Translations under genes and position numbers: made by a program
Shown here: positions 59,071-64,000 of the stretch, piece after piece
Layout of the letters: each line of letters begins with the position of its first letter
Numbering within the stretch: position 1 is the stretch's first letter
Source: Candidatus Woesearchaeota archaeon
Lineage (GTDB): Archaea > Nanobdellota > Nanobdellia > Woesearchaeales > GW2011-AR9
Reading direction: 5' to 3'
Assembly (NCBI GenBank): GCA_018657845.1
Contig: JABHWJ010000033.1
Location: 12,834-76,833 of the forward strand
Length of the DNA: 64,000 bases
Notes under the pieces: generated by a model
Told to the model about the DNA's origin: nothing
Databases searched by the model: none
The model's input: the letters and a program-made list of their open reading frames with translations, nothing else

Positions 59071-60069
59071 TTAAAAAATATGGGGTTTTTTCTCTACCAA
59101 CGTAGTTATCTTCCTAATAAATGGAAACCTGTCTCTCAAATTATCAATAAGCTCATAGAAATCACGTATACTCTCCACATCAAAAGTTAATACTACATCG
59201 TATTTTCCCAACTGCCTAAGAAAGTAATGGATCCCCTTAGTTTGTTTACAGTAACTGATAAACAAGTCGTATTCCTTCTTACTACATTTATTTATAGTCA
59301 TCAAAGCCGTACAGGGTTGATATCCAAGAGCGGCCATGTTCACCTTAGTCTTAAAACCAGAGATCACTCCACTTTTCTGTAGCTTCTTTATGTTATTCAT
59401 GGCAACCCTCGGCGTCACCTTGAGTTGCTTGGCCAGATTCAAGATGGTCTCTCTAGAATTTTTCTTCAGTAAACTGATCATCTTAAACTCTTCCGTTTTA
59501 AGATGTATTCGTTCTGCCTTGAAATCAAATATCATCAAAACAGTTGGTTCCTTTTTGGGTAAAAAAGACTTGTTTATCTCCAACGCGTACAGCACCACTG
59601 AAATATCTTTTTCTAAGATGTATTCAGACAATTCCCCCAACATCTCTTCCATGTCTTCCTTATCCTTCTCTTCTAAAATCTTAAAACTTAACAAAAGATC
59701 ATACTCTCCTTCGCAGAAGATGTGCCAGGTACAAGAAAAATGCTTTTTGATCACTTCGGTTATCTTACCAATCACCTCTTCATTACGCTTGGCAAGCTTA
59801 ATATGAACCGGATAAAGCCGATACCCCATCCGAGAATAATTTATCTTAGTATTAAACTTTTGAATAACTCCCCTATCGCTTAACCTCTTGATTACCTTAA
59901 TCACCCCTTCAGTAGATAATCTGGTCTTCTTTGCAATCCTAGTTGCCGGCAACCTACCGTCTTGCTCTAACAAAGAGAGAACTTTCCTTTCTGACTGGTT
60001 AAGTTTCATCTGATGATTGATATTCTTAACTATTTTATAAAACTTTTGTAAATATTTCAACTTTTTCAA
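59071..60069 (-). CDS. Transcriptional regulator with two tandem Lrp/AsnC-type HTH modules
   Basis: 'LSLLEQDGRLPATRIAKKTRLSTEGVIKVIKRLSDRGVIQKF' and a second 'LLKKNSRETILNLAKQLKVTPRVAMNNIKKLQKSGVISGF'. Confidence 0.6.
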   Translation of the reverse strand: MKKLKYLQKFYKIVKNINHQMKLNQSERKVLSLLEQDGRLPATRIAKKTRLSTEGVIKVIKRLSDRGVIQKFNTKINYSRMGYRLYPVHIKLAKRNEEVIGKITEVIKKHFSCTWHIFCEGEYDLLLSFKILEEKDKEDMEEMLGELSEYILEKDISVVLYALEINKSFLPKKEPTVLMIFDFKAERIHLKTEEFKMISLLKKNSRETILNLAKQLKVTPRVAMNNIKKLQKSGVISGFKTKVNMAALGYQPCTALMTINKCSKKEYDLFISYCKQTKGIHYFLRQLGKYDVVLTFDVESIRDFYELIDNLRDRFPFIRKITTLVEKKPHIF

Positions 60070-60108
60070 TAAGAAAGTTAAAGTATCTTCTAGATCCCTC
60101 AGTAAATA

Positions 60109-60702
60109 GTGATTAAAATGGATAAATTAATAAAAACTTTAGAAGAATTGGCCCAAGTTAAAGAGGAACAAATTTCCCGTGAAGCAGCGGAGGCTCTCAG
60201 ACCGGGATATATGCAAAAATTTGAAGTTCGCTTAGACAAACTCTTGGGGGAAGAAGTAGGAAAAGAGTTGTTGGAGTTTTGTGGAGAGATCTACCAATAC
60301 AATTGGAGAGAGATAGCTGGCCAATATGAACATGAACCAGAGTTTACTTTTGGTCCCTCAGTCAGTTATAAAAATCGGGCCATGGGTTATGAATTCCAAG
60401 AAAACAATGACTTAGTCTACTGGATGTTTAAGTTTCATGCCGCAGATAAATACAGCCAGCTAAAGATTGACGGCAATTCCGATAAGCAGGCGTTTAAGGT
60501 AGCCGTAACCAACATAGAAAAACTGGTCTCTGGGTACAGGACCCATCTTTGTGAAGAAGATAAAGAATACGGCATTCTCTGGGAAGAAGATCTAGAGTAC
60601 TTTGGTATCCACGTTGGCGAATGGAATGAACTTTTCGAATCGGGAAAGTTCAGTGAATGGTTAGATGAAGAAATTGAAAACGATGATACAGAAACTGATT
60701 AA
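60109..60702 (+). CDS. Acidic hypothetical protein (197 aa)
   Basis: ORF only; higher-GC region. Confidence 0.4.
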   Translation: MIKMDKLIKTLEELAQVKEEQISREAAEALRPGYMQKFEVRLDKLLGEEVGKELLEFCGEIYQYNWREIAGQYEHEPEFTFGPSVSYKNRAMGYEFQENNDLVYWMFKFHAADKYSQLKIDGNSDKQAFKVAVTNIEKLVSGYRTHLCEEDKEYGILWEEDLEYFGIHVGEWNELFESGKFSEWLDEEIENDDTETD

Positions 60703-61312
60703 AAAAGCAAGAGAACGCATTAGCAAAGAAGACTCTTCGCATGACTTCGGTCATGCTCTTAGAGTTTTAGCTAATGCTGAATATATTGCTTCTATCGAAG
60801 GAGGAGACCTAGAAGTCATCATCCCCGCAGCCCTGTTCCATGACGTCGTAATCTATCCTAAAAACGATCCTCTCTCGAAATTGGCTGCCACTGAAAGTGC
60901 ACAAGTAGCCAAAGAGATCTTAGAAACTCTAGATTACCCTTCGGAGAAAATCCCCTTAGTGATGCAAGCGATTGAAGAACACTCCTATTCCAACGGGATT
61001 CAACCAGCCCTGCTAGAATCACGGATCATACAAGACGCCGACCGGTTAGAGATCACTGGAGCAATTGCCATCATGAGAACCTTTTCTTCCACCGGTCAAA
61101 TGCAAAGAAGATTCTATGACTTAGAAGATCCCTTTTGTAAACAAAGACTCCCTGGAAGTAAAGTATCAGCAATAGATTTCTTTTATACTAGACTAATGAA
61201 AGTAAACTTCCACACTTCGGCTGCCAAGAGATTAGCCAAGAAAAGAACCCCCTTTCTTCACCAATTCCTCAAACAACTTCAAAAAGAATTAACAGAAGTT
61301 CAAGAATCATAA
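60683..61312 (+). CDS. HD-domain metal-dependent phosphohydrolase
   Basis: 'HDFGHALRV', 'ALFHDVV', 'DADRLE' HD-superfamily motifs. The start is uncertain: the ORF opens at 60665 and a second Met lies at 60683. Confidence 0.7.
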   Translation: MIQKLIKKARERISKEDSSHDFGHALRVLANAEYIASIEGGDLEVIIPAALFHDVVIYPKNDPLSKLAATESAQVAKEILETLDYPSEKIPLVMQAIEEHSYSNGIQPALLESRIIQDADRLEITGAIAIMRTFSSTGQMQRRFYDLEDPFCKQRLPGSKVSAIDFFYTRLMKVNFHTSAAKRLAKKRTPFLHQFLKQLQKELTEVQES

Positions 61313-61313
61313 A

Positions 61314-61402
61314 TGCCCTCACGAGGACTCGAACCCCGGTTACAGGCTTTCTGCTTTTTCTTCAACCGCAAGCCTGTGTCCTATCCACTAGACGATAAGG
61401 GC
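61314..61402 (-). tRNA. tRNA-Arg (anticodon GCG) with a ~17-nt intron at position 37/38
   Basis: Reverse complement: acceptor GCCCTTA/TGAGGGC (with G-U), D-arm GTCTAGTGGATAGGAC, anticodon stem CAGGC/GCCTG with loop TTGCGG[intron]A, T-arm CGGGGTTCGAGTCCTCG, discriminator A. Confidence 0.65.
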
Positions 61403-61517
61403 AATAACTTCTAGCAATCAGATTTCTTTAAAAAATTACCTGTTGTAGCATTCTCTCCCGCAGATGTTTATGATTTCTTTCCTCCAAAAACAAAAAAAAC
61501 TTAGGGAGGAAACTAAA

Positions 61518-61853
61518 ATGAAACTAGAAGCAATTGTAGAACACAGCAGGGATGAAAAATACATCGTTGCCCAAGTAACCAACGGAGAAAAACAAACCAA
61601 TGTCTTGGTATCTTTGCCATTTAACTACCACTCGAGTATTGCCAAAGTATATAGACAAAGATTACCCCCCAACAGCCAGATGGAAGTTCTTGGTGGAGGA
61701 ATCCTAGACATAAACCGCCAAAACAAGACCATCGAAACATATGGAACTAGTGGAAGCTTTGGAGCTCCGCCAATCGAATTGGTAAGAGAAATCCTAACAG
61801 AAAGCTTCCCGGATTACACCATCGATGCAAGAGTAACCAACTACATCAGATAA
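61518..61853 (+). CDS. Hypothetical protein (112 aa from the SD-supported start)
   Basis: 'gggaggaaactaaaATG' Shine-Dalgarno context at 61503-61520. Confidence 0.45.
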   Translation: MKLEAIVEHSRDEKYIVAQVTNGEKQTNVLVSLPFNYHSSIAKVYRQRLPPNSQMEVLGGGILDINRQNKTIETYGTSGSFGAPPIELVREILTESFPDYTIDARVTNYIR

Positions 61854-61865
61854 AAAATTTTCTTT

Positions 61866-62606
61866 TTATTTTTTCTTAGCATGCGCCCACATGAACTCGA
61901 AGTAACTTCGATAAGATTGAGCGGCAGCTTCATTCTCAATTATTACCCCTTCAGGTTCATCTGTCCAAATAATCAAAGCAATCTTATCTCCATAAATATT
62001 TGTTACTACTGGGCTTTTAACTTTCTTAGAAACATATCTAGTTCTTTTGGGATCAGAAGTCTTATTAGCACGATCTTCTCTGACAATTTCTCTAACAGAA
62101 ATCTGATTCTCTTTTAATTGACGAACAAATTGTTTTTGGTAAGCTGGCATTCTCTCTTCCAGCTGTGACTCATTACCAAAAACGATATTCTCTCCCTTAC
62201 CTTCCCTCAGAATATCCTGAAGGATTGTTCTTACACCTTTTAACCCCTTAAATAATCGTACCTGTCCTTGAACTTTACTAATCTTGTGTTGAGCTTCTAA
62301 CTCTGGAATTATCTCTTTAACATCTTCTTCTTGTTCTCTAATGTATTGTAATAATTTTTTTGGACCAGCTGATTGAAACCATTTTATTTTCCCAATTGAA
62401 ACATAACTAACTAATCCTTTCTCAATTAAACCCTTTAAAGAATTATAACAACTACTTCTATCAATCTTGGCTGATTTAGAAATTTTACCTGCCTTACTCT
62501 GCCCATGGCTATTCAACATCACATAAACTTTAATTTCATTTGGAGAAAACCCCAAATTCGCCAACACTTCTTCCGTTCTTGCCATAATAAACAAAATATA
62601 TCTCAT
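61866..62606 (-). CDS. TrmB-family transcriptional regulator
   Basis: N-terminal wHTH 'LGFSPNEIKVYVMLNSHGQSKAGKISKSAKIDRSSCYNSLKGLIEKGLV' plus a C-terminal effector domain. Confidence 0.65.
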   Translation of the reverse strand: MRYILFIMARTEEVLANLGFSPNEIKVYVMLNSHGQSKAGKISKSAKIDRSSCYNSLKGLIEKGLVSYVSIGKIKWFQSAGPKKLLQYIREQEEDVKEIIPELEAQHKISKVQGQVRLFKGLKGVRTILQDILREGKGENIVFGNESQLEERMPAYQKQFVRQLKENQISVREIVREDRANKTSDPKRTRYVSKKVKSPVVTNIYGDKIALIIWTDEPEGVIIENEAAAQSYRSYFEFMWAHAKKK

Positions 62607-62702
62607 TTATTTAAATCTTTCTGTTGTAGTGGATTCTACAACAAGATTTGATATAAAAAGTAAAAAATTAGTCTTCTTGGCGCAAAGCTGGAGGAAACTA
62701 AA

Positions 62703-63329
62703 GTGAGACAAAAATTAAAGAAAGGACTAGCAACATTAGCACTTGCTGTAACTTTGGCTTCTCCTTTTTCTGCAAAAGCAGAGGGAGCAGTTGAGTTAAT
62801 GGTTGGTAATAAAGCACATACCTTGGATGTTAAGCTCTTTGGAAATGTGGCTGAGAACACGGGTCTCTTAGCACGAACAAGAGTGGGAGTGGATTACGAA
62901 AACAATTCCAATTCACTAACTTTCTTAGATATTTACCAATCTCTTGGCAAAGGCTTTAGTGCGGCCTTGGTACCTCAGTACACCCCAGCCAAAGGGTTGG
63001 TTATAATGGCCGGGCCACAATATATGGGGAGATGGAAAGATTTGAGCACGGTTGTTCTTCTAGCCACTAGCTTGGAAGAGAATCCAAGTTATAATCTCAT
63101 AACTTCAACTAGTTACAGACCAAAACTAACTTCTGACCTAAACTTTGCCGCTCAACTTGAAACAACTAATATTTTCAACAACGAAGGGCATGTCTTTAGC
63201 ACCGAAAGAGTGAGACTCGGACTAGCGAAGAATGGTTTTGAAGCAGGGGTTGCTGCAGACATAACCCAAACAGGAAAAGAAGGAACCTTGGATTATAATC
63301 TGGGGGCTTACTTGAAAAAAGGGTTTTAG
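62703..63329 (+). CDS. Secreted beta-strand-rich protein with an OMP-like C-terminus (GTG start)
   Basis: Signal 'ATLALAVTLASPFSAKA'; alternating hydrophobic beta pattern; terminal aromatic '...KKGF'; 'tggaggaaactaaaGTG' leader. Confidence 0.5.
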   Translation: MRQKLKKGLATLALAVTLASPFSAKAEGAVELMVGNKAHTLDVKLFGNVAENTGLLARTRVGVDYENNSNSLTFLDIYQSLGKGFSAALVPQYTPAKGLVIMAGPQYMGRWKDLSTVVLLATSLEENPSYNLITSTSYRPKLTSDLNFAAQLETTNIFNNEGHVFSTERVRLGLAKNGFEAGVAADITQTGKEGTLDYNLGAYLKKGF

Positions 63330-63349
63330 ATAAACGGAGGAAATGAAAA

Positions 63350-63568
63350 ATGAAACAAAACGAAGACATGGAACAAAGAGTGAAAAATTTATTCAAAGGA
63401 GTAAAAGCAACAAACAACAACAGCTTGAAAAGTAAACTAACTGTGGAAGCAGGGGATCTGAGAAGAGAACAATACCTTACTGAAGAAAATCCACGAGCGA
63501 GAGCCAACTACCAAAGACTAGCCCGTAACTGCTACTTCGCAGCTAGAAATTTTCATTATAAGAATTAG
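63350..63568 (+). CDS. Hypothetical small protein (72 aa)
   Basis: GGAGG 9 nt upstream of the ATG. Confidence 0.35.
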   Translation: MKQNEDMEQRVKNLFKGVKATNNNSLKSKLTVEAGDLRREQYLTEENPRARANYQRLARNCYFAARNFHYKN

Positions 63569-63581
63569 AGGGAAAACTAAA

Positions 63582-64000
63582 ATGGAAATTGAGAAAGTAG
63601 GGAATTTGTTAAGAGAAAATGGTGTTCCTGAGTTTCGTTTTCTCTTAGCGGAAAGACTGGGAACTATTGAAAACCCTAAGGTCTTGGAGTCAGTGATTAA
63701 GAAGGGGGTTGAAGTGATTGAAGAAAGAAAATATGTGGGCGAGCATTTGCTTTTATGTTCTCCAGAGATTCTTGTTCCTTGTGGACTAGAAGGATATTTA
63801 ACGACTGCGGATGAATGTAAAGAACTTTCAAAATATTCTGGTCCTTGGGGACATCACTATGGCCCTGAAATGGGGTCTCATGAACCTGGAACAATGTTGG
63901 CAGAAAAAAGTCCAAAGATTTTAGAAAACTTTGGGATAGAAGGAATGCAACAGGTTTCGGAACTTGCCAAGAGAACTGGAAAAATGGCAGGGCATGGGGA
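63582..64000 (+). CDS. Hypothetical protein, 3'-partial (runs off the window end)
   Basis: Open frame of 139+ codons from the ATG at 63582 with 'gagggaaaactaaaATG' leader; not in the ORF track because no stop is reached. Confidence 0.4.
   Translation, partial: MEIEKVGNLLRENGVPEFRFLLAERLGTIENPKVLESVIKKGVEVIEERKYVGEHLLLCSPEILVPCGLEGYLTTADECKELSKYSGPWGHHYGPEMGSHEPGTMLAEKSPKILENFGIEGMQQVSELAKRTGKMAGHG

Overview
This is an AT-rich archaeal contig of roughly 30% GC, rising to about 45% in the last 5 kb. The translation and transcription machinery is clearly archaeal: aEF-1alpha, aEF-2, ribosomal proteins S10, S24e, S27ae, S28e, L24e and L7Ae, Rpo7 with Spt4/RpoE'', proteasome beta subunit, aCPSF1/FttA, the archaeal class I CCA-adding enzyme, and five tRNAs, four of which carry introns. 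The many compact or truncated proteins, secreted nucleases and frequent leaderless TATA-box promoters suggest a small-genome, possibly DPANN-like, lineage, but that is an inference. Housekeeping content includes adk, ndk, pgk, uppS, a cysteine desulfurase, alaS, UDG family 4, Lhr helicase with an MPE phosphoesterase, Mre11-like, AlkD-like, DHH, YchF, ParA and CutA. The most notable items are: (1) an overlapping, co-operonic Rnl2-type RNA ligase and PIN nuclease pair; (2) a dph2 gene truncated to 80 codons by an inserted transglutaminase-like gene; (3) a 585-aa minimal AlaRS lacking the C-Ala and beta-barrel modules; (4) an ePK-like kinase inserted between fusA and tuf; (5) tRNA-Ser(GGA) with a 46-nt intron in the T-loop region and a genomically encoded CCA; (6) a secreted two-HKD PLD nuclease with a degraded paralog remnant flanking an inserted gene; (7) a 1036-aa protein with internal tandem repeats; (8) a NurA-like, GNAT and thioredoxin-like operon; (9) a higher-GC segment flanking tRNA-Arg with a repeated GGAGGAAACTAAA leader and an OMP-like beta-rich secreted protein. 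No CRISPR array, integrase or transposase was seen. All family assignments rest on motifs read by eye from the supplied translations; no database search was run.
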